This document shows, piece by piece, positions 20,414 through 30,205 of a DNA stretch of 64,000 bases; the stretch's first letter is position 1, and each line of letters begins with the position of its first letter. Source of the stretch: an uncultured Candidatus Saccharibacteria bacterium (GTDB lineage Bacteria > Patescibacteriota > Saccharimonadia > Saccharimonadales > Saccharimonadaceae). The notes below the pieces were generated by a model. It had not been told where the DNA came from, ran no database searches, and saw nothing but the letters and a program-made list of their open reading frames with translations. The stretch is from positions 782 through 64,781 of the forward strand of contig CAUUVO010000002.1 of assembly GCA_963548835.1 (NCBI GenBank), given 5' to 3'. Position numbers and translations under genes: made by a program.

Positions 20414-20863
20414 ATGGCGCTAACTAATGACGACAAGCAATGGATCAAGGGCGCGATCGCCGATGGCGTGGTCGAGGCCTTGGAAACTGTTGTTTTGCCG
20501 CGATTTGACGAGCACGGCGAGCGTTTAAACAGGATCGAGGCTAGGCTTGGTTCGGTTGAAAAGAGGCTGGGGTCTCTCGAATCGGACGTGTGTATTTTGA
20601 AGCAAGATGTTAGTGCTTTGAAACAAGATGTTAGCGCCTTGAAGCAGGATATGCACGGCGTAAAAGACCGTCTTGATACGCTTGAGTGGCAGGTTGAAGC
20701 GCTGACAAATGATATTAAGGAAATATACGCCGTAATTTACAAAAAACCAAACCGTACCTTGGTGAGTAAGAATTTTGAAAAGCTAAGCACTGAGGATAAA
20801 ATAACTATAATGCACGAAGAATTGCTAAAAATAGCAAAACATGAGAATGTTACACTTGCGTAG
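20414..20863 (+). CDS. coiled-coil protein with tandem heptad repeats
   Basis: LKQDVSA repeats; AGGAGG RBS. Confidence 0.7.
   Translation: MALTNDDKQWIKGAIADGVVEALETVVLPRFDEHGERLNRIEARLGSVEKRLGSLESDVCILKQDVSALKQDVSALKQDMHGVKDRLDTLEWQVEALTNDIKEIYAVIYKKPNRTLVSKNFEKLSTEDKITIMHEELLKIAKHENVTLA
20597..20653 (+). repeat. 21-bp in-frame tandem repeat (about 2.7 copies)
   Basis: TTGAAGCAAGATGTTAGTGCT / TTGAAACAAGATGTTAGCGCC / TTGAAGCAGGATATG. Confidence 0.85.
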
Positions 20864-20877
20864 TAAAAGGAGGAATC

Positions 20878-21249
20878 ATGATTAAAAATATTACCATTAC
20901 CGGTGTCAAATACGAATTGACAGACACGACGAAAAAATATGTCGAGCGAAAAATCGGCGCGCTGGGCAAATATTTGCCGCGGCATGCCCGCAAAAGTGCG
21001 ACCGCTGACGTGAAGATTAAGCAGATTGACAACCCTGGCGGTAACAAGTACGAGGTTGAGGTTATCATTAACGTGCCAGATAAGAAAATTACTGCCAAAG
21101 ATTCGACAATGAACGTGCTGGCGGCGGTGGATATTGTCGAGGCGAAGTTAAACGGACAGGTGAGAAAGTATAAGGATGACGTTTTAACGCACGTCGGCAG
21201 CAGCCGCGGGGTTTTGGCTAGGTTGAAGCGAGGATTGAGTCGAAAATAA
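20878..21249 (+). CDS. hpf: ribosome hibernation promoting factor (HPF/RaiA)
   Basis: ELTD..KKYVERKIG, AAVDIVEAKL..QVRKYK; upstream of secA. Confidence 0.88.
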   Translation: MIKNITITGVKYELTDTTKKYVERKIGALGKYLPRHARKSATADVKIKQIDNPGGNKYEVEVIINVPDKKITAKDSTMNVLAAVDIVEAKLNGQVRKYKDDVLTHVGSSRGVLARLKRGLSRK

Positions 21250-21270
21250 TTTATACCTGGAGTTGGTATG

Positions 21271-21300
21271 AAGCGCTCAGATTTTGGGCGCTTTTTCTTT
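21271..21300 (+). terminator. Rho-independent terminator
   Basis: AAGCGCTCA...TGGGCGCTT stem followed by a T tract. Confidence 0.7.
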
Positions 21301-21373
21301 TCAAATTATTCAAAAAACGCTATAATAATACATAGTTTTTGAAAATGCCTGAAAGTGAGGGAGTTTTGAGTTT

Positions 21374-24004
21374 ATGGCAATGACACAACAAAAGGCGCTG
21401 AGTAAGATTTTTGGCGATCCGCAGAAGAAGATTTTGAAGCGGCTGCAGAAGCAAGTTGACGTAATTAACGGTCTGTCTGAAAAATATGAAAAACTGTCAG
21501 ATAAGGAGCTGCAAGCGCAGACAGAAGCGCTGAAAAAGCGTCTGACGAAGAAGAATGTAACACTGGATACGATTTTGCCGGATGCCTTTGCGGTGGTGCG
21601 CGAAGCAGCCAAGCGCGTCATCGGTGAGCGCCCGTACGATGTTCAGCTAATCGGCGGCATGGTTCTTCATGAGGGCAATGTTGCCGAGATGAAGACCGGT
21701 GAAGGTAAGACCCTGGTGGCGACGCTGCCGACCTATCTCAACGCACTGGAAGGCAAGGGTGTTCACGTGGTGACTGTCAACGACTATCTGGCGCAGCGTG
21801 ACGCTGGCTGGATGGGCCAGGTGTATGACTTTTTGGGCTTGACTACTGGTGTGATCATCAACGAAGCGTCATTTGTGTACGACAAAGAGTATGACAACGA
21901 GCATCACGACGATCCGCGCATGCGCAAGCTCCGTCCGGTCACCCGTAAAGAAGCTTATGCTGCCGACATTACGTATGGCACTAACAACGAGTTTGGCTTT
22001 GACTATCTACGTGACAACATGGTGAACGACGTTGACTTATTACGTCAGCGCGAGCTGAACTTTGCTATCGTTGACGAGGTGGACTCAATTTTGATCGATG
22101 AGGCGCGTACGCCGCTGATCATCTCGGCACCGGCAGCGGAGAACCCGGACAATTACTATACCTTTGCCAAAGTTGCCAGTAAATTAATACCAGAGGACTA
22201 TGTTTTGGATGAAAAGCGCCGCAGCGTAGCCTTGACCGACGGGGGCGTGGAAAAAGTCCAAAAACTGCTGGGAATAAAAAATTTGTACACGCCAGACCAC
22301 GTGCGCAGTGTTTACCACATGGACCAGGCGCTGCGAGCACAAACATTGTTCAAGCGCGACAAAGATTATGTAGTGACCAACGACGGCGAAGTGATCATCG
22401 TCGATGAGCACACTGGTCGTTTGATGCAAGGACGCCGTTACAACGAAGGCTTGCATCAGGCAATTGAGGCGAAAGAAGGCGTGCCAGTGCTAGAAGAAAG
22501 CATGACACTGGCGACCATTTCGTTCCAGAACTATTTCCGTTTGTATAATAAACTTTCCGGTATGACCGGTACGGCATTTACCGAAGCCGAGGAGTTTCAA
22601 CAAATTTATTCACTGGACGTTATCCAGATTCCACCGAACAAGCCAGTTATTCGCGACGATAAAGAAGACCTGATTTTCAAGACCGAAAAGGGCAAACTGA
22701 AGGCAGTGGCCGAAGCTATCAAGGATTATCATAAGCAAGGCCGGCCAGTGCTGGTTGGTTCTGGCTCGATTGCTAAGAACGAGCAGATTGCCAAATATTT
22801 GGAAAAAGAAGGCATCAAGTTTGAGATTTTGAACGCCAAGAATAATGAGCGTGAGGCGGCTATCATCGAGAAGGCTGGTGAAAAGGGCGCGATTACCCTA
22901 GCGACAAACATCGCCGGACGCGGTACCGACATCAAGCTGGGCAAGGGTGTCAAGGAGTTAGGTGGTCTGGTGGTGATTGGCTCGGAGCGCCACGAATCAC
23001 GGCGCATCGACAATCAGCTGCGCGGCCGCGGCGGTCGTCAGGGCGATCCAGGCGAGACGCAGTTTTATGTATCGACCGAAGATGATTTGATGCGAATTTT
23101 CCAGGGCGAGCGCATCGCGGCGCTGATGGATCGGCTGGGCGTGGATGAGGAAACGCCGATTCAAAACCGCGCCGTATCGAAAACTTTGGAAGCAGCCCAG
23201 AAGCGCGTCGAGGGCTACAATTTCGATACGCGCAAAAGTGTTGTTCAGTATGACAACGTGATTAATCGCCACCGTCGCGTGGTGTATGTCATGCGCCGCA
23301 AGATTTTGGAAGGTGACAATATTAAGCCGGAGATTGAACGCTTACTGCGAGCGAAAGTTCATGAACTGGCAGCGCTGCCAACTAAGAATAATCCGAAGTT
23401 TGTCGAAGATTTTATGGCAATTTTCCCAAGCGACGAAGCGAAAATTTCGAAAATTGGCAAAGAGAAGAAAGATAGGCTGCGCTATGAAAAGGCGCTGAAG
23501 CTGGCTGAAGAGTCATATGCGGCGAAAGAGTCTGAAATTGGCGCGGATAATTTGCGCGGCGTGGAGCGCGAGGTTTATATGGCGGTGCTGGATACCTTAT
23601 GGATGCAGCATTTGGAGAATATGCAGCACCTGCGCGAGGGTATTCACTGGCGCAGTGTCGGCCAGCGCGATCCGTTGGTGGAATATCGTTCGGAGTCGCA
23701 AAAATTGTTCGAAAGCTTGCAGGCTAATTTGCGCGATGAAGTTCTGACGGTCATCTTCAATATTCATGAGGCCGATGCGGTGGTTCGCCAGTCGCAGGAT
23801 GATGAATACGACACGGAATTAACGCGCTTGGCAGAGAACGCTGTGGAACGCGGCGTTAATGAGCTTGGTGCGGGCGAGGAAAATCGCGACGACGACTTTT
23901 CGGTGAAAAAAGGCAAATCAAGCGCCGAATCAAACCGCGCTAAGAACCAAGCACGCAAGAAAAAGAAAGCGCAGCGCCAAAATCGTAAAAAACATCGCAG
24001 ATAA
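21374..24004 (+). CDS. secA: preprotein translocase SecA
   Basis: EMKTGEGKTL, VDEVDSILIDEARTPLIIS, ATNIAGRGTDI, RRIDNQLRGR. Confidence 0.98.
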   Translation: MAMTQQKALSKIFGDPQKKILKRLQKQVDVINGLSEKYEKLSDKELQAQTEALKKRLTKKNVTLDTILPDAFAVVREAAKRVIGERPYDVQLIGGMVLHEGNVAEMKTGEGKTLVATLPTYLNALEGKGVHVVTVNDYLAQRDAGWMGQVYDFLGLTTGVIINEASFVYDKEYDNEHHDDPRMRKLRPVTRKEAYAADITYGTNNEFGFDYLRDNMVNDVDLLRQRELNFAIVDEVDSILIDEARTPLIISAPAAENPDNYYTFAKVASKLIPEDYVLDEKRRSVALTDGGVEKVQKLLGIKNLYTPDHVRSVYHMDQALRAQTLFKRDKDYVVTNDGEVIIVDEHTGRLMQGRRYNEGLHQAIEAKEGVPVLEESMTLATISFQNYFRLYNKLSGMTGTAFTEAEEFQQIYSLDVIQIPPNKPVIRDDKEDLIFKTEKGKLKAVAEAIKDYHKQGRPVLVGSGSIAKNEQIAKYLEKEGIKFEILNAKNNEREAAIIEKAGEKGAITLATNIAGRGTDIKLGKGVKELGGLVVIGSERHESRRIDNQLRGRGGRQGDPGETQFYVSTEDDLMRIFQGERIAALMDRLGVDEETPIQNRAVSKTLEAAQKRVEGYNFDTRKSVVQYDNVINRHRRVVYVMRRKILEGDNIKPEIERLLRAKVHELAALPTKNNPKFVEDFMAIFPSDEAKISKIGKEKKDRLRYEKALKLAEESYAAKESEIGADNLRGVEREVYMAVLDTLWMQHLENMQHLREGIHWRSVGQRDPLVEYRSESQKLFESLQANLRDEVLTVIFNIHEADAVVRQSQDDEYDTELTRLAENAVERGVNELGAGEENRDDDFSVKKGKSSAESNRAKNQARKKKKAQRQNRKKHRR

Positions 24005-24036
24005 TTCAGGCAATAGACAATTAAGGAGCAGAATAG

Positions 24037-25314
24037 ATGAAGCATACAGTTGAGGAAGTTAAACTGAAGAATGGTGCGCGCGGTCTGTTAATCGACGTCC
24101 CAGACGCCACGGTAATGAGTTTTCAGGTACAGTTTCGGGCAGGCGACCGCTACGTGCGGGATAAGGAGATTTATGAAACAGCACATTTGATGGAACATAT
24201 GGCGTTTGGCGCAAACGAGAAATTTCGTTCGGAGCATGCCTACGAGCAGGAATTTATAAAGAACGGCGCCTATCACAATGCCTATACCTCTGATTATTCC
24301 ATGGTGTACGAGGCGGTTTGCGCGGATTTTGAGTGGGATCGGATTTTGGAATTGCAGCGGCTGGCGATTGTTACGCCGCGGTTTACTAGCGATTCGTTTG
24401 AGGCAGAGAAGGGCAATGTTCGCTCGGAATTAACCGGCTATTTGAATAATCACAGCCGCGTATTATGGCTGCGGGTACAGCAAGCTTTGGGCGAGGATAT
24501 TTTGACAGATAGCCAGCGCCTGAAAAAAATGGACAACGTAACGATAAAAGATATCAAGGAGCATCATCGGCGGACGCATACGCTCAATAATATGCGGTTT
24601 GTGATTGCTGGAAAAATGTCTGGCCGCAAGACCGCCATTAAGGATTTTTTAGAGCAATGGCAATTGGAACCCGGCGAACGATTTACAATTCCGCGCGATG
24701 AGCTGCACGGTGCGCGGCCTCTGTTAATTCGCCGTAAAGAAGCGTCGAATTTGAACTTTGGCTGGTCAATAAGCCTGCCGCGCGAGCTAACTAACGAAGA
24801 ATCGGATGCTATGGGCTGTTTGAATCATATTTTGACCGGAACGCTGAGTTCGCGGATTCTGGGTATGGCCCGTAAAAAAGGCTTGGTTTATGGAATGTTT
24901 AGCGATACTTCGGTCGGATTTTATGACTCGTCGTGGGATTTTGGCGGACAAGTCAATTTGGAGACTGCGGAAGTGCTATTTGATATTATCGTGCGCGAGC
25001 TGAAGAAGGTATTAAATGGCGATATCGCTGCCGAGGATATCGAGGCCGCCAAGTCGTACGCCCTGGGGCGCTATCAAATGGGCGCGCAAACGGTGGCGCA
25101 AATTAGTAACTTTTATACCCGGCGCTATTTTTCTGACGACTTTGTCAAAGATTATGCTGGCGTGCCAGCGGCAATCTTGGCAATTACCGCCGAGAAGATA
25201 ATCCAAGTAGCCAGAGAATTCCTCGACTCAGACGTCCGCGTTCTCGCTGGCGTAAGCTCTGGCGACAGAGATCTGCTGCTGCGGCTTCAGGAGAAGCTAG
25301 CTGTGCTGAATTAG
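24037..25314 (+). CDS. M16 (insulinase/pitrilysin) family zinc peptidase
   Basis: HLMEH inverted zinc motif, NAYTS, LSSR...RKKGLVY. Confidence 0.88.
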   Translation: MKHTVEEVKLKNGARGLLIDVPDATVMSFQVQFRAGDRYVRDKEIYETAHLMEHMAFGANEKFRSEHAYEQEFIKNGAYHNAYTSDYSMVYEAVCADFEWDRILELQRLAIVTPRFTSDSFEAEKGNVRSELTGYLNNHSRVLWLRVQQALGEDILTDSQRLKKMDNVTIKDIKEHHRRTHTLNNMRFVIAGKMSGRKTAIKDFLEQWQLEPGERFTIPRDELHGARPLLIRRKEASNLNFGWSISLPRELTNEESDAMGCLNHILTGTLSSRILGMARKKGLVYGMFSDTSVGFYDSSWDFGGQVNLETAEVLFDIIVRELKKVLNGDIAAEDIEAAKSYALGRYQMGAQTVAQISNFYTRRYFSDDFVKDYAGVPAAILAITAEKIIQVAREFLDSDVRVLAGVSSGDRDLLLRLQEKLAVLN

Positions 25315-25329
25315 AATGACTAATAATAC

Positions 25330-25360
25330 AAAAAACATATCAAATTTGATATGTTTTTTT
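25330..25360. terminator. bidirectional AT-rich terminator
   Basis: AAAAAACATATCAA-AT-TTGATATGTTTTTT between convergent genes. Confidence 0.7.
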
Positions 25361-25399
25361 GTAAAACTTCCTTATGGCTAATAATTTATTGTTATTTGT

Positions 25400-25472
25400 C
25401 GACGATATCGAGGCAACCAAGTCGTGCGCCTTGGGACACTACCAGATGGGCGCGCAAACAGTGGCGCAAATT
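25400..25472 (+). repeat. diverged direct copy of 25032-25104 (M16 peptidase coding fragment)
   Basis: 73 bp, 10 mismatches by manual alignment, no gaps. Confidence 0.9.
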
Positions 25473-25742
25473 CTAAACCTGTTTATTATCAGAATCTAAT
25501 TCTGACGGCAGGTCAACAGCTCCTTGCGGTGTTGAATCCGTTGCTGAATCTGGACTTGTTTCTTCTTCTTTTTCTGGAGACGGCAATCCCATAGCTTCAT
25601 GAGTTAATGGTAGAGTGTCATAATCAATTGCCAGACCTTTGCTAGCTCCGACTTCTCTAGATACTACTTCAGCAATTGCATCCCAATCGCTTGTGTCAGA
25701 TTTGCCTTCTGGTTGTGTGGGGGTAATAAATTGTTCATTCAT
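25473..25742 (-). CDS. small acidic orphan protein
   Basis: ORF from ATG 25742, 7 nt after TTGACT-17-TATTAT promoter. Confidence 0.6.
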   Translation of the reverse strand: MNEQFITPTQPEGKSDTSDWDAIAEVVSREVGASKGLAIDYDTLPLTHEAMGLPSPEKEEETSPDSATDSTPQGAVDLPSELDSDNKQV

Positions 25743-25825
25743 GTCTTGAATAATAGCATAGTGTATAAAATAAGTCAAGTTTAGGATGTTGCTATGATTA
25801 ATTTACTCTATGTTATACTGTAAAT

Positions 25826-27178
25826 ATGAAAATAATTATCGCTGGTTACGGCGTAGAAGGTATATCAAATTTGGTATATTTCCGGCGGAAATTTCCTGAC
25901 GCGGAATTCGTGGTGGCTGACGAGCGCCCGGCGGATGAACTGCCGGCAATTCTAGACGGCGTGAAGTTGATTTCTGGCAAAAACGTCTTCAGCGAGCAGC
26001 TGGGCGATGCTGATTTGGTGGTGCGGACGGCCAGTTTGCCGCCGCGTAATATCAAAACCAACGGTAAAATTTGGTCGGCGACCAACGAGTTTTTTGATAA
26101 ATGCCCAGCACCGATTATCGGTGTAACGGGGACGAAAGGCAAGGGGACGACGTGCAGTCTTATTGCATCAATATTGCAGCAAGCCGGGCAAACGGTACAT
26201 TTGGTCGGCAATATCGGCGTGCCAGCGCTGGACGTCTTGCTAAAGATTAAAAAAATCGACATCGTCGTTTATGAATTGTCTAGTTTTCAGCTGTGGGATC
26301 TCGAGAAGTCGCCGCATGTTGCGGTGGTGTTAATGATCGAGCCGGATCATCTGAACGTCCATGCGGATTTCGCCGACTACCTCAATGCTAAGAAAAATAT
26401 TCGCCGCCACCAGCATCTTGGCGATGTTTGTTTATATCACCCGACGAATAAATATTCGCGGGAAGTGGCTGCCACGCCGCTTGATAAGCTGCTAGATACA
26501 GGCGATAATCACGGCGATACGCTAGACTTTGCGCAGCGCTACGCTATTCCCGACGATGACCAAGTTTATGTCCAGGATGGCTACTTTTGTGTGCAAAATC
26601 GGCAGATTTGCAGCACCGATCATTTACGGTTGCCGGGCGCGCACAACCTCGAGAATGCCTGCGCGGCGATGAGCGCGGTGACGGAGTTGCCTGTTACAGT
26701 GACCGATGAGCAATTTGCCGCTGGGTTAGAAAGTTTTACAGGATTGCCGCACCGTCTGAAATTCATTGCCGAGAAAAATAGCGTTAAATATTACGATGAT
26801 AGCATTTCGACCACGCCTGGTAGCGCCATTGCCGCGTTAAAAGCTTTCACGGAGCCAAAAATTTTGATTTTGGGCGGCTCTGACAAGGGGGCGGACTATA
26901 AGGAATTAGCGCAGGAAATCGCCAGGCAGCAAATGCGAGCGGTGATTGTCAACGGCGCTAATGCCAGTGAAATTATCGAAATTTTGCGCAAAGAAAACGT
27001 CTCTTGCCAAATTGTGCAATTAGAAATGACGCCAATGCCAATGGTCGTCACGGCGGCAGCGAGCCAAGCGCAACCTGGCGACGTAGTGATTCTCAGCCCG
27101 GCCGCCGCTAGCTTTGATACGTTTAAGAGCTACAATGATCGCGGCGAGCAGTTCGTGGCGGCGGTGGAAAATCTCTAA
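25826..27178 (+). CDS. murD: UDP-N-acetylmuramoyl-L-alanine--D-glutamate ligase
   Basis: [45 protein letters not shown]. Confidence 0.95.
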   Translation: MKIIIAGYGVEGISNLVYFRRKFPDAEFVVADERPADELPAILDGVKLISGKNVFSEQLGDADLVVRTASLPPRNIKTNGKIWSATNEFFDKCPAPIIGVTGTKGKGTTCSLIASILQQAGQTVHLVGNIGVPALDVLLKIKKIDIVVYELSSFQLWDLEKSPHVAVVLMIEPDHLNVHADFADYLNAKKNIRRHQHLGDVCLYHPTNKYSREVAATPLDKLLDTGDNHGDTLDFAQRYAIPDDDQVYVQDGYFCVQNRQICSTDHLRLPGAHNLENACAAMSAVTELPVTVTDEQFAAGLESFTGLPHRLKFIAEKNSVKYYDDSISTTPGSAIAALKAFTEPKILILGGSDKGADYKELAQEIARQQMRAVIVNGANASEIIEILRKENVSCQIVQLEMTPMPMVVTAAASQAQPGDVVILSPAAASFDTFKSYNDRGEQFVAAVENL

Positions 27179-27714
27179 TTTTGATAGATTTCTGGTTTCA
27201 ATACCCCGATATATGGCAGATTGCGGTATTGTTGGCGGAAATCTAGGCCGTAGCCGACGACGAATTCGTTGGGGACGGACAGGCCGACGTAATCGGCGGT
27301 AACGTTGGTGATACGTCGTTCGGGTTTGTCGAGCAGTGAGCAGACTTTGATTGAGGCTGCACCGCGACAAGAGAATAATTCTAGCAATTTTTCCAACGTT
27401 CGGCCGGTATCGACGATGTCCTCGACCAGCAAAATATGCCGCCCAGTAACGTCGCTATCAATGTCTTTGAGGATAGTGACCGCGCCAGATGATTCAGTTG
27501 CGTCGCCGTAGCTAGAGACGTCAATGAAATCGATTTCCAGGTAACAGTCCATCGCTCGCACTAGATCAATCATAAACGGTGCTGCACCGCGCAGTATACC
27601 GATGACCAGCGGGTTTTTGTCACGATATTCTGCCGTCAGCTCTCGGCCCAGCTGCGCCACTGCATTGTTAATTTGCTCAGTAGTCACGAGGATTTTAGCA
27701 ATGTCTTGATTCAT
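27175..27714 (-). CDS. hpt: hypoxanthine phosphoribosyltransferase
   Basis: [39 protein letters not shown]. Confidence 0.96.
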   Translation of the reverse strand: MNQDIAKILVTTEQINNAVAQLGRELTAEYRDKNPLVIGILRGAAPFMIDLVRAMDCYLEIDFIDVSSYGDATESSGAVTILKDIDSDVTGRHILLVEDIVDTGRTLEKLLELFSCRGAASIKVCSLLDKPERRITNVTADYVGLSVPNEFVVGYGLDFRQQYRNLPYIGVLKPEIYQN

Positions 27715-27731
27715 TAGGATAAGTATAACAA

Positions 27732-28361
27732 TTAGCTAGCAAAATCGCTAATCCGCTTGGCGATAATTGTAGTGGGTTCAAGAATGCGGCATTGCGGAAA
27801 AAGGCGTTGTAACCGCCTCTTAATTGCCAGATAATGCGTGCAGCCTAGAACAATAACATCGCTGCCGTCCGCAACACTGGCCGATACTTCATCAAGCACA
27901 ATATCGTCGGCCAAACCTTGATCAATCATCTGCGCCCACGCACGAGTATCAGGCGTATCGATGTGGATACCAGCAGCCTATTGGCTGATAAGCGCGCGCA
28001 GACGCTGGCTGTGTTTGGTGGCGTTTGTCGCCAATAGAGTGACATGACGTGATTTAGTGAGTGTTGCAGCTGGTTTAATCATTGGCTCAAAGCCAATAAA
28101 GCGGACATCTGGATAACGCTGTCGTAGTGGTTGTATGGCAATTGTTGTAGCGGTATTGCAGGCGAGGATAATGATGCTACATGACAGCAGGGGCTGGATG
28201 GCGGCATCGGTTAGCGTGATAATCTCTTCCGGTGAACGATTGCCGTACGGTGCGTGCTCGCGGTCGATCGCCGTGATGTACGAATGCTGCGGCAGTAATT
28301 TTTTCAGCCTCTTTGCTACTAATTTGCCGCCAGTTCCCGTATCAAATATGCCAATCTTCAT
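27732..28361 (-). pseudogene. murI: glutamate racemase interrupted by an in-frame TAG
   Basis: IGIFDTG.GG, PYG, ACNTAT before TAG (27978-27980); same frame continues AAGIHIDTP...VLGCTHY. Confidence 0.85.
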
Positions 28362-28396
28362 ACAAAAAGTATAGCAAAATTGTTACAATGGTATTC

Positions 28397-29473
28397 ATGC
28401 AACCGCTAAAAAAACGTATCCAAACCCTGCAATCAGAAGTAGAACAGGCCAAGGCGGCGCTGGATTTTGCGGCGCTGGAGCAGGAGCTGGCGGAATTGGA
28501 TGAGCGGCTCAATCAGCCGGAGATTTGGCATAATCCGGACGAGGCGCAGGCTTTGGCAAAAAAGGCGGCTAGCTTGCGTCAGACAGTCGAGCCGTGGCAG
28601 ACGCTCGGGGTGCAGCTAGCAGATATCGCTGAGTTGATGGAGCTGGGCGACGATGATCTACTGCCGGAGTTTGAGGCGCAAATATCAGCATTGGAGCAGG
28701 AATTTGCTCGGCGCAAGACCGATTTGCTGTTCAACGGCCCATACGACAACCGCGAGGCGGTAGTGCGGATTTCGGCTGGCGTAGGCGGGCTGGATGCTCA
28801 GGACTTTGCGGCGATGCTGGAGCGGATGTATCTGCGCTGGGCGGAGAAGTCGGGGATGAAAACTGACACGCTGGAGTGTTCGACCAATGATGATGCGGGG
28901 ATAAAGACGGCGGTGCTGGAGATTTCTGGGCCGTTTGCCTATGGAAAATTGCGTTCAGAAAATGGCGTGCATCGGCTGGTGCGCCTCAGTCCGTTTAATG
29001 CTGATAATTTGCGCCAGACTAGCTTCGCGCTGGTGGAGGTGCTACCAAAAATTGATACGCCGGATGAAATTGCGATTGACCCGAGTGATCTGAGGATTGA
29101 TGTGTATCGTTCGGGCGGTAAGGGCGGCCAGGGTGTGAATACTACTGACTCGGCGGTGCGGGTGACGCACGTGCCGACGGGCATTACCGTGGCGATCCAA
29201 AACGAGCGCTCGCAGATTCAGAATAAAGAAACGGCGCTGAAGATTTTGCGCTCCAAGTTGCTGGCGATGAAGCTGGAGCAGCACGCCGAAACCCTGTCTG
29301 ATCTCAGGGCCGGCGAGTCAGCCAACTGGGGTAGCCAGATTAGAAACTACGTGTTGCATCCGTATACGCTGGTCAAGGATACTCGCACCAAGCACGAGAA
29401 TCGCAACGCCCAGGGCGTGCTGGATGGCGATATCGATGAGTTTATTGAGGCGTACTTGCGAAAAACCCAGTGA
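28397..29473 (+). CDS. prfB: peptide chain release factor 2
   Basis: SPF tripeptide (RLSPF), GGQGVNTTDSAVR, WGSQIRNY. Confidence 0.96.
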   Translation: MQPLKKRIQTLQSEVEQAKAALDFAALEQELAELDERLNQPEIWHNPDEAQALAKKAASLRQTVEPWQTLGVQLADIAELMELGDDDLLPEFEAQISALEQEFARRKTDLLFNGPYDNREAVVRISAGVGGLDAQDFAAMLERMYLRWAEKSGMKTDTLECSTNDDAGIKTAVLEISGPFAYGKLRSENGVHRLVRLSPFNADNLRQTSFALVEVLPKIDTPDEIAIDPSDLRIDVYRSGGKGGQGVNTTDSAVRVTHVPTGITVAIQNERSQIQNKETALKILRSKLLAMKLEQHAETLSDLRAGESANWGSQIRNYVLHPYTLVKDTRTKHENRNAQGVLDGDIDEFIEAYLRKTQ

Positions 29474-29521
29474 TAGCAGCAGTTTGCGGCCAGAATACAG
29501 TTTATGCTATAATATTGCCTG

Positions 29522-30205
29522 ATGATTCTGTTAGATAGGGTGACGAAGAATTACGGGAAGAATAATAAGCCAGCCTTAAATCGGGCGAGTATTCATGTTA
29601 GCGCTGGCGAGTTTGTGATTATCGTTGGCACCTCTGGCGCTGGTAAATCGACGCTACTGAAGCTCCTGACACGCGAGGAAAAGCCAAGTTCCGGGAAAAT
29701 CGTCGTTGGCGGTATTGATTATGACAATTTGAAAGATAAGCACATTCCGTTGCTGCGCCGTAAGATTGGCGTGGTGTTTCAGGATTTTAAGCTGCTGCCA
29801 AATCGGACAGTATTTGAGAATATCGCGTTTGCGCTGGAAATTGCCGGGATGACTAACCGCGAAATTAAATCAACCGTGCCGAAAGTGATTGAACTAGTGG
29901 GCTTGAAAGGCAAGGAAAAACAATTTCCGAATCAGTTGTCTGGCGGCGAGCAGCAGCGGGTGGCGATTGCTAGGGCAGTGGTGCGCCAGCCGAAAATTCT
30001 GATCGCTGACGAGCCGACTGGCAACCTGGATCCTAAACATAGCTGGGATATCGTGCGTTTGCTGGAAAAAATTAATAAATACGGCACGACAGTTATTTTA
30101 ACGACGCACAACGTGGAGATTGTTAACCGGTTGAAGCGGCGCGTTATTACCATTGATCACGGCAAGATTACTTCTGACCAAGCAAAAGGAAGTTATAAGC
30201 AATGA
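29522..30205 (+). CDS. ftsE: cell division ATP-binding protein FtsE
   Basis: GTSGAGKST, LRRKIGVVFQDFKLL; followed by ftsX. Confidence 0.94.
   Translation: MILLDRVTKNYGKNNKPALNRASIHVSAGEFVIIVGTSGAGKSTLLKLLTREEKPSSGKIVVGGIDYDNLKDKHIPLLRRKIGVVFQDFKLLPNRTVFENIAFALEIAGMTNREIKSTVPKVIELVGLKGKEKQFPNQLSGGEQQRVAIARAVVRQPKILIADEPTGNLDPKHSWDIVRLLEKINKYGTTVILTTHNVEIVNRLKRRVITIDHGKITSDQAKGSYKQ

Noticed and set aside
20597..20653. CRISPR array
   Set aside because: Repeats are contiguous, in frame and without spacers; no cas genes or repeat-spacer arrays seen in the window.
25032..25472. Diversity-generating retroelement TR/VR pair
   Set aside because: Only 5 of 10 mismatches are at adenines of the putative template, changes are mostly synonymous, and no reverse transcriptase is in the window.
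27978..27980. Genome-wide stop-codon reassignment explaining the murI TAG
   Set aside because: TAG ends lysS, ftsX and yvcK, and TGA ends frr, prfB, ftsE and glyQS at their expected C-termini, consistent with code 11.
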